Below, piece after piece: positions 12,511 through 25,829 of a stretch of 64,000 bases of DNA. The stretch lies in NCBI RefSeq assembly GCF_018350175.1, contig NC_058368.1, forward strand, positions 17,176,001 through 17,240,000. Direction: 5' to 3'. The DNA is from Felis catus (taxonomy: Eukaryota). A program made the translations under genes and the position numbers. The notes beneath the pieces are model-generated. The model did not search any database. It saw nothing but the letters and a program-made list of their open reading frames with translations, and was not told where the DNA came from. Numbering within the stretch: the stretch's first letter is position 1; each line of letters starts with the position of its first letter.

Positions 12511-14400
12511 GGTCCTAACTGATTTGGGCCAGGATTGGGTATCTGACTTAAAGATAAGCAATCCATAGGCCTGCAAGGGTAACAAAATGACCCGAGTTCA
12601 AAAAACTTTGCCAAAATAAGAAAGAACTAGGTCAATGGGATTGTTCTTTCTTGGAAATTCGACTAGAAACACACAAGAAGAATTTAGTAACTGGGAGAAA
12701 ACTAAAAGATTATGAATAAAAAGTGTTATAAGTCATAGAGTGATTATGAATGAGCTGAAATATTAATACATAGAAGCTATAAATGGAGAAAATATGGACA
12801 GAGTAGAGAATGATTTGCTTTTGATCTCACAACTAAGAAGGAAGTGACAGGAGTCATTGTCATTGTCAAAGGACAGGGTCATTGTCAAAGGAATAGCGGA
12901 GAGATGAAATAGAAACTGTTGCTAAAGATCTTTTAAGGCTTTTTTTTTCTTTGAATTCCTAAGAACTACTAGACCCTTCTTTAGGTTAGCCAGAGAGATT
13001 CACTGATCCTTGCAACCAGAATGACCACCCATAAGTCTTCCAACTGTTAAAAATGTATGGGTTCTATAGAAAACTATTAAATGAAATGAAAACTCTTACT
13101 TTAGCAAGCCTAATACATACCTGGCTCCTAATGGAAGCTACACAAATCCCAGTTTCCCTGACCTACTCCCAGATTCCCTCTGTAGGTTTCATGGGCACTA
13201 TCTAAATTCTGTAGGTATCTGAGAAGTTACAAGTCTTCCTGCTGTAACAAGGATATGTGGCAATCTAAATCATAACTGAGATTCTTCTTGACTTCAGGAG
13301 TAAATACTTAATGAATGATTTACCAATCTTAACTGAACGGATGGAGCCTGACTTCTCTCTTTATATTTTCCATTCATTCACCACAGATCTTTTTTTTAAC
13401 TTGGAGTCATTTTACTCATAGAAAATATTTTAGATCAGATATAATATTTTTTCACTTAATAGGAGAAATCACATTGGAAATTAATACACACAGATGCCAT
13501 GAATACATGAGTGATCTCATGGCCACTGTATCAATAGTATTCTGAGTCACATATTCTTTCCTTCAAACTCATGTGATCACATTTTTGTCTTTGATTTCAG
13601 GTAATGTGTAGTTTTCTTTCTTTCTTTTTTTTTTTTTTTTTTTAATCTCATTTGCCAAGGGATTACATTTGAGATGATAAGCCTCTAGTAATGCAGCTTT
13701 GCAAGGAGGCAGGAATATTTAGACAGGAATGATAAGGGTGGGCCTCAGATTTTAGGCAAAGTTCCCAGGTAGGCTACAATAGCAACATTCTTGAAGGCTT
13801 AGAACTTTATTCTGATTTTTCCCAATGCTGATTTTGCTGCTAGGGTTTAATGCAGTATAATTCCTGTATTTTCACATGAAAATAATAGGGGGGGAAATCG
13901 GGCAGTTCTTATCACTTATCACATACAACAGATGTTCTTATATACATACAAGTAAGTTCTTATCACTTATCACTTATCACATACAATGTATGTTTGTTAA
14001 GCAAATGCTGTGTACAGACACTATGCTGTAATGTGACAGGGATAAAAAACATGAAAAAGAATCCATGCCTGGACTCAAGGACCTTATATCAGGGATGAAA
14101 TACCATAGACAATTCCTTGATCTGGAAAAGAAGAGTCCGGATCTGCTTTTTGAACCATCGGGAATCAGTAAGATTTCTGGAATTCAATTATTTTTCCGTG
14201 AACCTAGGGCTAAGCAACTTCACCTAACATAAAACTATTCCTCGTATTTTGAATCAATGTGTGATTTTATGTGAACATTCTGAATATAGTCCCAACCTCC
14301 TAAATCTTCCTGGATCTAAGTGATACAATTTTTCTTTTTATGCTGGAGGAAGCTATTCCCAGGAGAAAATGTTATGATATTGATTTTAATAAGCGTTTGC

Positions 14401-14618
14401 TTTTTATTTTTTTATTTTTTGATGTTTATTTATTTTTGAGAGAGAAACAGAGTGGGAGCAGAGGAGGGGCAGAGAGAGAGGGAGATACAAAATCTGAGGC
14501 AGGCTTCAGACTCTGAACTGTCAGCACAGACCCTGATGCAGGGCTCGAACCTACCCACTGTGAGATCATAACATGAGCCAACGTCAGATGCTTAACCAAC
14601 TGAGCCACCCAGGCGCCC
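14401..14618 (-). mobile_element. CanSINE
   Basis: tgagccacccaggcgccc reverse head, T tail. Confidence 0.93.
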
Positions 14619-16100
14619 TAGAATATATTTTTTAAGGCAGAAGGGTAGCACTCATTTTTACTTAATGGTTTTAACAGTTACCTAGTGTCATTTATAACTT
14701 TTAAAAACTTAGATCGGATGTGGGTCTCCATTTGTACTCTGGCCCAATCCTTACAAATGATGGGGCAGCCTTGACCTGGTACAATACTAAGTTTGTACAT
14801 ACTCTATGTGATTTGGTCATCACGATAAAGTAATAAGGTAGAGATTCTTACGAAGTTTGCTTGAACCCAGGTCCACTTGATTCCAAAGCTCATGTTACTA
14901 AGACCTACAGTTTATTGCCTTTTCACCTTTTGAATATTTTAAAAATTAGTAAAATGAATGATTTTAGAATATAATATCTAGTTCCACGGTTCAAATTGGC
15001 AGCAAACTGCAAAAAAAAAAAAAAACAGGATTAAAATTTCCCAAATAAAATTAATTTATTCTGTTCAAGACATTGATCATTACATGTTATGCTACAAATA
15101 CTATCCCACACATTATTGCTGAGGAACACATTTACTATTCAAGTTATTTCACAATATCAGAATTAAGATAAAGGGATCTGCTACCAAAGCCATGGAGATG
15201 CTTAAAAACAGTGGGAATAAATTAGAAGATAGAAAATAGAAGATCAAAATTTAGCGTAGAAGTAAACTAGAGAACGGGAATGTGGTGACATAGGCTGTAT
15301 TTTGAGTGAAAAACAAGAAAGAGCAGAACTTGGGATGAAGAATTTATCTCTGAGGCACATCGTACCTCTTTTTTCTTCCATGCTAGAATCATTGTATTTG
15401 CTTCCTAACTTGCACCGGAAAAGGCTAACTCATTGGCACTCAGCTCAAGTCACCCCCAGGTGGTGTGCCTTTGTCCCTGGAACCTCAGATATCTGATAAT
15501 TGCCTCATTGTTATTCATCTTTTAGATTGCTTTGAATTCTTTCATGTAGGAGAAATAACCAGAATGTTAAAATATAAAGACTTTACATCAATGGAGGGCA
15601 ATGCAAAGATCTTTCTGGCAGAGATAAGACGAAGGCATATATACACACTGCAAAGGTGATGAACACAACGAATAACACTGCTCTTAAACTAAGCATCATC
15701 AGTGTGATGGAAAGATGTTTTCCTCGTACATAATGCTATCTCAACTTTGCAGCGAGGTTAATAATAGTGGCAGGTGGCATTAAGTTATTTTGGTAACAAA
15801 ATTCAGGCGATTACTAATCTTCCTTTTATTATCACTTAAATGGAAGTCACCACTTTGAATCACTTTAAGGATTAAGAATTTTCCTTTCATACAATTTTGA
15901 AGAAGGTGTGCATCAGAAACAATATTTTCATATTGGACTTTTCAGAAAGATACATTCCATGAGTACATCAAAGGCAGATTTCCTGTTATGTTCGTATACT
16001 TCAGATCAAAAGTGAAACATCATTTCTACAAAAGGCCCATGCCTCCAGGCCCTGACTTCCTAATCTAAATTTGGTCACATAGTTTTGCATTCTCATGGTA

Positions 16101-16104
<4 letters not shown>

Positions 16105-16148
<44 letters not shown>
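16105..16148. repeat. (TG)n microsatellite
   Basis: direct reading. Confidence 0.97.
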
Positions 16149-16150
<2 letters not shown>

Positions 16151-17974
16151 CCTTTATAGGGATTGTGGTTTATACTTATGCCACTGTGTGTTTAATGTCT
16201 GTTCCACTAGGTGGGACAGACAGTGTGGGGCAAAGCTTTTAGAAATACTAAGTAGATGACTCCTTACTGGTCCACTAGAAAGAAAGCAAAAGCAAAAAAA
16301 AAAAAAAAACAGAAAGAAAGATATAGAAAACTAAGCGTGTAGTAGATCTAATTGTAAATAATTAAGGTGGGGCAAAGCCTGGCATCCACAACATTGGTTG
16401 TTAGGGACAATACTCTCTACCCACTCCTTACTTTTCATGAAAATTCCTAGGGAATTTACCTGGGGACTTCTGGGCTTTCTACGCCCCATTACTCAGTCAG
16501 CTCTAAGTGGAGTGATTCATCAGATTGATACATTTAATAAAAACAAATAAGGCATAGCATGCCTCTTCCTCTTTGAGAACAAACCTAGAGCAAGCTGTCC
16601 CCCAGTGAATAAGGGGGACATCACTTATGCTGAGATCTTAATTTGTGCAGAACCTTCACGGGGAAGGAACTCTGTTTGTTCCCCTAGAGACCTCCACTGC
16701 ATGGTACAAAGTGGTCCTCAATGCTTTTACACTTTGTTCCATTGATTCACTGTTGGGCACATGCTGTGACACTAGCAAATCTCTTGGACGTCTCAGCATC
16801 ATTCTCAGAGAATCATCATAAGGAGGAGGTTTGGACATGTTCTATAGAATCTTTTAAAATTATATTAATTATGTCGATTTAAGTTTAAACTTAAACATAC
16901 TCTTGTATGAAAAATCAACCATGAGGATAAACGATCAATGTTTAGATTACCTTGGTAAAAGTCAGTTTAGAATCTGTTCAGAGCAAGAAATAACTTATGA
17001 TGAACCAGTAGCCAAGATTTCAAGTTAATGTGTGTTTGTTCTGGGACAATGTGTTCTCCCTGACAGTTACTGTCGTTGCTGTTTTCTCTGCATCTGTTAG
17101 TCAAGATTTTCCCTACTGATTTACAAGACCATTAAATAGTGATATATCATAAATGGTAGCCAAGCAAAGCTGATTTTTTTCCTAAAGTGTAATTGCTGAA
17201 TTAAACTCTGGAAATCATATAAAATCTGAATGCACAGGTTGTATGAGGACATACAAGTGGATTACTTTCTTTGTAAACCTTGAAATTTGTGATAAATCAA
17301 ACTTGACAGATAACAACGCAGAATTTGCTAAAAGGATTTATTGTTAAAATGAGTGCTGTGTAAAGTGCAGTTGGCTAGTGAATAGAAGAACATTGCTATG
17401 TGCGTCCAGCCCTTGGGAGATGGGTGATGTCTGGCTGAAAGTCTGTTCCGAACTGTGTGTCATTAAGAACGAGTCGAACAGGTTGGTCTACTCTCCATCA
17501 ATGCATGTTATCAGCAAGGGCTGATTAAACTTTAACTCCACATTGCAAAACGTTTTGGCTGAGAAGACTGAGGGCATGTGTAATACAGGAAATGCATTTT
17601 CTGAACGATTACTACGAGCGAAGTGGTAAGTAATGTTTGTGTCTTACACTATCAAGGTTCAGTGATAAGACACTTGATGTAAACATGGATTATCTTTATT
17701 TTAGAAAAGGTTAAGTGCAATTTCAAATATAGCAAAGCATATACAGAATACAAATAATGCTTGTTTTTAGCAAATGTTGCTATTCTGAATACACCGTGTC
17801 CATAGAATGGTTTAAGTATGTCAGGGGCTGGAGATGCCTTTAATCCATGCACTGTTTATTAAATTGTCACCACAACTACAGATAGGTATTTCACATTTGG
17901 TATGAATTATTAGTCTCTAAAAACAATAAAGTACTGTATAATGTAAACAGTCAACCAAATTTGAGTTCTTTCTT

Positions 17975-18225
17975 TTTTAAAAAAAATTTTTTTTTATATT
18001 TATTTATTTTTGAGACAGAAAGAGAGAGACAGCACAAGCAGGGGAGGGGCAGAGAGAGAAGGAGACACAGAATCTGAAGCAGGCTCCAGGCTCCAAGCTG
18101 TCAGCACAGAGCCGGATGAGGCGCTCGAACTCACAAACCGTGAGATCATGACCTGAGATCATGACCTGAGATCATGACCTGAGCTGAAGTCAGACACTTA
18201 ACTGACTGAGCCACCCAGGTGCCCC
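17975..18225 (-). mobile_element. CanSINE with internal 13-bp triplication
   Basis: TSD aatttgagttctttctt/aatttgagttatttctt; (tgagatcatgacc)x3. Confidence 0.95.
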
Positions 18226-18378
18226 AATTTGAGTTATTTCTTAAAGACACTTAGTCAATAAATCTGTTGCATTTCAATTCAAGTTACAAAAAAGTAGTTA
18301 ATGGGAATAATGCATTCTGCAACTCTGATCTCTAAAATGCTATTCACATTAAGTGAATATTTAAATAAATTTAAGTTT

Positions 18379-18547
18379 GGGGTACCTGGGTGGCTCAGTG
18401 GGTTAAGTGTTTGACTTTGGCTCAGGTCATGATCTCCAGGTCCAAGGGTTCGAGCCCCATGTCTGGCTCTGTGCTGACAGCTGAGAGCCTGGAGTCTGCT
18501 TCGGATTCTGGGTCTCCCTCTCTCTCTGTACCTCCCCCACTCTCATT

Positions 18548-18594
<47 letters not shown>

Positions 18595-18628
18595 AAAAAT
18601 AAATAAATATTAAAAAAAATTTTTTTAA
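18379..18628 (+). mobile_element. CanSINE with (TG)n expansion in its CT-rich region
   Basis: ggggtacctgggtggctcag head, gttcgagccc B box. Confidence 0.93.
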
Positions 18629-19421
18629 TTTCTGCTTTAGTTAGACATTTAATGGTAGGTAAACACAACTCAAGTGACACAATCACAAAAGTTCACAGCA
18701 GCTGAGCGTAACCACAATATGGAGAATACCAAGAGAGGTGGGAAAAAGCCTTCTGAGGCCACAGCCTTTCTCCCAGGCTATTGCAACTAATAATCCTGTT
18801 TTGTCTCCTTTTGTTTGTGTTTTTGTTTTTTCAATGACAACAAGCTAAAGCACCCAGAGATGGATTATACAGTTTGAGCTCAATAGGTAGCATTTTATGC
18901 CAGTTAGCGGTTCCTGCAGACATTCTGGAGAGTGTAGTCCAAACAACACCTGAACAAGTAACATGTAAAAGATGAACCAGGGAGCTAATTAAATGACCAC
19001 AGAGGCCCAGACTCCACATGATAAAAGCCCAGACGGAAGTCCTTGATGAGCTAATGTAAAGGGTTAAGTGAATGGTTATGAAAAATGTGAGAGGGAAACA
19101 TGGCAGATTCAACACATGTGCTTCCCTCTATTCCCTCCTGAAACTGCACTAAGTTGATGAGAAAGGGATTGTTTAAAACATAAATCCCCAAGGACACATA
19201 GAAGAGAAGGTGTGGCAACGGCCAAATTTTGGAAGCTGGAAAGCAGATGAACAAGTAGTAACTAACTTCCCAGACTAGAGGAAGCCAGGACCCGAGTGGC
19301 AGCAGAGAAAGGCCAGTGGCAAGGCCTCTGAGCAGCAGAAACCCAACAAAACATAGAAACTGGAGGTACCATAGGCCTCTAAAAGGAAGGATGCAGTTAA
19401 GGAAAAGACAAAGATGATCTA

Positions 19422-19635
19422 GGGGTTCCTGGTGGCTCAGTCCATTAAGCAACCAACTCTTGGGTTCGGCACCTATGGTGCTGTCACAGCTTGTGAGTTC
19501 GAGCCCCCTGTCAGGCTCTGCACTGATAGTGTGGAGCCTGCTTGAGATTCTCTCCCCCTCTGTCCCTCCCACGCTTTCTCTCTCTCTCTCTCAAAATAAA
19601 TACATAAACCTGAAAAAGCAAAGCAAAACAAAAAA
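19422..19635 (+). mobile_element. CanSINE inside HAL1
   Basis: ggggttcctggtggctcag head, B box, A-rich tail. Confidence 0.9.
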
Positions 19636-20026
19636 AGATAGGCTAAATGTCCATGTTAGTAGCAATTTTCTCCCTTTATCCCACTCAGTTGAGCAACTGC
19701 CCCTCACCCACCTGGGCAGAAGGCCAGGGTGCCTTCTGGAAAGGCTGAGTTATGGGGATTGTGAGGCCAGACCCCAGGCTCTGCTGGCAAGGCACTTAGC
19801 CCTTAAAACTGCAAACTGAAGAAAAGAAAAATCTGCCATCAGTGTTTCTAGTCAACTCTGAGAAAGCACTAACTGGCCCATACTCATGCTTCCAGACAAA
19901 ATGGAGAATCCCTTTCTGGGAAAACCAACCAGACTAAGAGAGAAGGTACGAAGATCTGACTGTTGAGAGCTTTTGCAACAGTGTGTATAAGCCAACCAGA
20001 TCATCCTACAGTGACAGCCCCCCTCC

Positions 20027-20027
<1 letters not shown>

Positions 20028-20075
<48 letters not shown>
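20028..20075. repeat. (CA)n microsatellite
   Basis: direct reading. Confidence 0.97.
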
Positions 20076-20077
<2 letters not shown>

Positions 20078-21059
20078 GTTCCAGTCAGTTCTAGCATGAA
20101 AGATTAAAGCCAAAATAATTAAGAAGTAACTCAGAAAAGAAGAGAGAACGCAAATAGCAGAAGAAAATTTCCCACAACTCGAATTAGTATCTTCAAAGAT
20201 ACAAGAGAATATATACTATTCTTAAACTAAAAATAGAATGTTATTCTAAAAAGGAAAAGTCTGATAAAAGAACTCAAGGAACTTGAAAATAACATGACAG
20301 AAATGGAAAATTTTTTAAAATGGCTTGAAAAACAAAGTTGAAGAAATTTTTTCGGAAAGTAGAAGAAAAAAATCAAAAAGAAAAACGCATAAATTACACA
20401 AGAAAATTAAGAATCGACATTAAAATAGGGGACTTCCAGAGAGACAGAGGACAAAAAATGCCAAAGAAGAGGTATGATTTTTCCAGAGCCGGGCATGGTT
20501 TCCAGGTGGAAAAGGCCCAAGACAATAGAAGAGCTGCATAAAAATAAAGCATTAGAAAAATTGTAGCACTCGGGGCATAAAGAGATAATTATAAAAGTTT
20601 TTGAGAGGAAAAAATGATCAGAATCAAAGGATCAAGGATCAAAGTGCCACTAGCTGTAAACAACTTAGAAACTAGAAAACAATGAAGCCATGCTTTAAAA
20701 ACTCAGAGAGAAAATTATTTATAACCATCAAAATTATTACTGAAGTGGGAAAGTATAATTAACATCTTTTTCAGATATGCAAGGATTCCAAAACTAATTG
20801 ATACTTGAAACTGAAAACCCAGAAATATTAGTAGAAGCATTATATTTATAAATATGAAGGGAAACACCAAAGAAGCAGCTATGTGCCTCCAAGCAGTAAA
20901 ATTCAGAATGAGGACAGGAGATAGTATTGTTTTAGTTTTATACCTAGTAGAACTAATTTTGTTATAAAACCATTTACCTTTACAATATTGGTTAAAATAA
21001 AAGTTAAATTACATACATTAAGGCACAAAATAAACAAGGATTTAAAATATTAAGGTACA

Positions 21060-21255
21060 GGGGCACCTGGGTGGCTCAGTCAGGTAAGGTCTGACTTCGG
21101 CTCAGGTCATGATCTCACGGTTGGTGAGTTCGAGCTCCCCACATCGAGCTCTGTGCTGACACTTCAGAGCCTGAAGCCTGCTTCAGATTCTGTGTCTCCC
21201 TCTCTCTCTGCCCCTCCCCCATCTAAAAAATAATAAACATTCAAAAAATTAAAAA
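21060..21255 (+). mobile_element. CanSINE
   Basis: ggggcacctgggtggctcag head, tail. Confidence 0.92.
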
Positions 21256-22357
21256 CTCCGAAAATTATTTCTAACCATTAAAGTTATTATTCCCTGTGCT
21301 GTGACGCCGATTGAATCAATGTTCATGTTGTTTTGCCAACCCATATCACACTCATAATCAGCCAAACTGTTCAAAATTACCTTCCCTTGAAAGGCACTAG
21401 TATGGATTGAAAATATTAAATGTATAGTTTGTGATAAAGAATAACTAAAAGTCTTTGTCTAGACATCAGGTGGCATTTCCATGACTTGCTTTTGCGCGTG
21501 AACTGTGTCACCCGTAACAATGTTATTTTCTATATATGAAAGTCATGTTGTCAATTCTGTGGGTCACTTTTTCCAAAAGTTGAGAATCATTTCCCTAAGT
21601 CCTCTCCACACTCACTTCTGTTATGATCCTAATCCATAGTACATTTTCGGGACAGAAGTCTTGGTTATTGTTTGGCTCTTCCGAGCCAACTAGCTAATCT
21701 AAGCACCAAACTCAAGGTCGTGATCACCTAGTCCTCATTGTTTGCTAAGAGTTTTAACAAAAAATTACGTAACTCTTTTTTGAGTCCTTGGTGTTTTCAC
21801 ATCTTACGTCCTTTATAGAACGAAAAAGAGATGACATACTCAAAGGCACGAAAGTAGGAAACATTGTTTTTTTAGGACCCATCGCTTTCATGTGTCACCT
21901 TGAATGATCACAGCTCACAACTAATAAACGAACAGGTAGACCTGTGGGAAGTTCAGTACCCTAAAGAAGGGTTCTTTCAAGCTAGCGCTCCACTGCCTCA
22001 TCGTATTTCCATGAATGGTAAATTTATTTCTGATGGTCTTTGATCACTTTAAAGCAAACGGAATACTAGAAATATTTTAAGGTACTCACTTTTTAAGAAG
22101 AAACACTTTAATATTTCCTACAGTTGGTCCAACAATCCTTTGTTCTAGTAAGTGAAAAGAAATCCCATTTTATTTCTTTATTGCAATTTTCACTTTTTCT
22201 GAATCCTTTATTCTTGACTATGGAAGGAAGGAGGGTCTTATTTGAGGAAATTATCTGTGCAAATATAGTTGCCTAGGTTTTGCTATTACCTCCCTCTAGT
22301 GGAGGCATAGACTAATTTTTACAGTAGGCATTTTCCTTAATAACAGGAAGTGTAGAA

Positions 22358-22555
22358 CTCTTTTGTCCAATATGGTAGCCACTAAGCACAGGTGGCTATT
22401 TAAATTTAAATCAGTAAACAGTAAATAAAGTGAAATATTCCATTTCTCGGTCACTCTAGCAGCATGTCAAGTGCTCAAATAGCCATCGGTGATCATAAAA
22501 GACAACTCAGGCATAGAACATTTCCATTCTCACAGAAAGCTGTATTGGAATGCTG
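22358..22555 (-). mobile_element. MER3-like hAT-Charlie MITE
   Basis: tgtccaatatggtagccact...ggtggctatttaaattt...tagaacatttccatt...cagaaag...tattgga. Confidence 0.8.
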
Positions 22556-24397
22556 ATCTAGAGTAATATGTGCATTACAGAACATGGGGCCATGACTTTA
22601 TTCAATCTGAAGGGAGTTTACGTTCTTGACAATAGATGATCCAAAACCATCCCAAAGCCCTAGATTCTACCCTCAGCATCCAAGACCCACAGAATCAAGC
22701 AGCTAACTGCTCTTGAACTTTTCATAAGAAGTTAAAATTCACTTTTTTAGATGAGTTTATTTATTTAAATCTCTCAGATTTCATTACTTCAACAGGTCCC
22801 ACACTACATGTTACAATTAAATCATCTTTGACATATTTCTGCTTTCTGATCTAACAACATGTAACCATATATGACCCTCTCTTTTCTTCCTTAGATGAGA
22901 AAAATCAGAATAGAAACCCATTTGCTTCCCTATGAAGTTAATTATAAGCAGAATTGACAAGAGAAATTATTTAAAAGGATGTATAGCTATCATAGGTGTA
23001 GACAACCCTCATTCATGACAACTGCTTTACAGGAAAACTCAAAGCGTTCAAGAAAAGGGATTATTTCTGACTTTTGTTGGGGGGGGGGCTCTTCTTTGCA
23101 ACTCTGAATGTAAATTTTTGCCACTGAGTAAGTTGCTTTTTAACTCAATCATAAGAATATATTAAGCACTATACTGGGCTGTGCACCTACATTTTTCTGG
23201 ATGACTTAAATTAATTCCCAACTTCTAAAATTTTTAAACATTTATTTATAGATAACATGTATAAATGCCATGTTGTATTTCACTGCATGAACATCAAGAT
23301 ATTTGACTAAAAGTATTGCTATTCCTGACTCAATATGTCAAAATAACTATGTAATGGGCTCAAATTAATTCCATCATTGTTAGAAAGAAAATTTAAAACT
23401 AGAATGAAAGATGTAAGTAGGAGTTTTTTTCTTTAAACCAAAGCAAACCCTATCCTCTAAATGCCCAGGATATCAGCATTTAACAATATTAAAACAATCA
23501 TTAATGAACATCTAGTAAGTGCTGAATGGTTAGCTAAGTATAGCTCTGTCCTTATAAAATTTTCAGGCTAGGAGTGGAGCTGATAGTCACATAGACATTA
23601 TACCCATTTGCATATCATGGACATATGTCAAACAAGATCATGAAACAAGTGAACCTTAAGAATATCAGATGTAACTCCCCATATATCTATTTATTAATTC
23701 AATGATGATTTATTGGCATGTGCTATGTGTCAAGCACTGTGCTGAGCTCTAGGGATCCAATATAAATCAGACAAGGTCTTATAGCCCAAAGAGCAATTAG
23801 GATTAGTTTCTATGATTCTATTTGAGTTTTATCTTATGTTTTTTTTTTAAACTCAGATAGACTAGAAGGAAATTCATCTTGCCATGAATTTTATCTCCTG
23901 ATTACTTCATTTGCACATTGAGAGTAGAAATGGTTGGATTGACTCCTTTCTTCGAATCTTAACAAATATGTTTTGAGCCTTAAGATACTCACCATCTGAT
24001 AATAGTAACCAATAATTAAATAAAGACAAAGTGACAAGGCTTTAACAGAAATGCATCCAAGTACTGTTGGATATTAGAGGAAGATTCAGATGAGTATTCT
24101 AGGGAGGACTAGTAAGGATTTATAAAAAGAGAAGACATTTGAGTTTAGCCTTGAAGGTGGGAGTTTCCTAAGCAAATAAGGGCATGCCAAGCATAGAAAA
24201 AAATGGGAGCCTGCTGAATTCAGTCTGGTGGTTTAGAGCACAGAGTTGAGGGAGAAAAATGGCAAGGAATTCAGATGACATATTTTTAGAGAGCATATTT
24301 TTACCAAGAGAAATAAATGTGTTTGAACTGAATTATCAATCAAGAGCTCTTTAATAATCTGACCTAAGGGCCAAACATCCACTTTCTCCTTTTCTTT

Positions 24398-24617
24398 TTT
24401 TTAATTTTTTTTTAATGTTTTATTACTTATTTTTGAGAGAGAGAGACAGAGCATGAGCAGGGGAGGGGCAGAGAGAGAGGGAGACCCAGAATCTGAAGCA
24501 GCTCCAGGCTCTGAGCTGTCAGCATAGAGCCTGACGCGGGACTTGAACTCACAAACCACGAGATCATAACCTGAGCCGAAGTCTGATGCTTAACCAACCG
24601 AGTCACCCAGGCGCCCC
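24398..24617 (-). mobile_element. CanSINE
   Basis: reverse head, perfect TSD tctccttttcttt. Confidence 0.95.
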
Positions 24618-25459
24618 TCTCCTTTTCTTTATCACAAAAAGTTATCATTTTGAGGCATTCTATTTTGGTCAATGCTGATAGATGGAAAGAGTATAAAAGT
24701 CATGCTTAATATGTTTCAATTAAAAAAAATCATTTCTTCAAGAAATATTTTAGAACACTGGCTCTGTTCTGAGCACAAGATGCAGACCCATAGTAATACG
24801 AGAGGGAAACAAGATACAATCTACCTTTGAAAAGTTGCTGTTTAATTGGAAACACAAAGGTGATCCAACATAATTACATAAAATCATGGCATGTGCTCTG
24901 TGAGAAAAATGAGGGGTTTTGAGAAGAGCAAAAATGTGGTCACCTCAGGGAAAGTCTAGAATATTTAGCAGAAAAAGTAATATTCTCTGTGTCTTTGAGA
25001 ATGATTAAGAGTTTGACAGAAGGAAAAGTGAGAAGAAAGTATTTTAGGCAGAGGGCTAAAGATAAATGATGTCTTCTAGCTATAAATGTTCCTGGCAAAC
25101 ATTTCTCTGCCCTAGTTTTGTGTGTTAACAAAAATATTTTCAAATTTAAGAAAATCATATTTTATAAACATACTTGCTCATTATAAATGTCTATTTTACT
25201 AGATTTTATATGGCGGCCAACTAGACAGTATACTTCCAGAAAATATTGTTTATGAAATAAACATGTATCTAAAATCAAAACTAGAGGACCCAGTTTTCAT
25301 TCCTCCATCATATCCTGGATATATTTCCTCTACTCAGAGAGTCCCTGTTGTTATTGCTGTTAACAAGAGAAAAGCAACATGTACAGTAAAATAAAACTAG
25401 CTGGGAGATTGAAAAGCCATATCGCTTTAATCTAAAAATTCCTTGCCAGTGTTTCTTTA

Positions 25460-25487
25460 TTTTTTTTATTTTTAATGTTTATTTATT

Positions 25488-25527
<40 letters not shown>

Positions 25528-25540
25528 GGGGAGGGGAAGA

Positions 25541-25589
<49 letters not shown>

Positions 25590-25714
25590 TCCTAAGCAGG
25601 TTCCAGGCTCTGAGCTGTCAGCACAGAGCCCAACACGGGGTTCGAACTTATAAACAGTGAGATCATGAGTGGCTGAACTCGGACAGTTAACCGACTGAGC
25701 CACCCAGTTGCCCC
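25460..25714 (-). mobile_element. CanSINE with (GA)n and (CA)n expansions
   Basis: TSD cagtgtttcttta. Confidence 0.93.
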
Positions 25715-25829
25715 ATTCAGTGTTTCTTTAAATTTGGTCCATGGCAAGGTTGAAAACAGCTCAATAATATCCATTTGGATAAAATTTGCCACTTTCTCAT
25801 TTTACTTCTTCCAGTACCCAATCTTTTAT

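Larger units (their letters stand above)
19090..21010 (+). mobile_element. HAL1 (half-L1, ORF1-only non-autonomous element), near full length, degenerate
   Basis: 5' acatggcagattcaacacatg...aaattttggaagctggaaagcagatg; degenerate ORF1 C-terminal region ~20600-20790 (tttttcagatatgcaagg); 3' end with aataaaa; no ORF2 sequence in between (recalled consensus). Confidence 0.72.

Noticed and set aside
15550..15655. Possible coding exon (GEITRMLKYKDFTSMEGNAKIFLAEIRRRHIYTLQ)
   Set aside because: Weak donor (gtgatg), unrecognised peptide and no supporting neighbour exons.
16650..16838. Short ORFs on both strands
   Set aside because: No recognisable protein and no convincing splice-site pair.
18141..18179. 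CRISPR-like direct repeats
   Set aside because: No spacers, eukaryotic context; simple slippage inside a SINE.
19051..19819. 173-aa and 119-aa ORFs
   Set aside because: They span a CanSINE and the HAL1 5' region; TE-derived.
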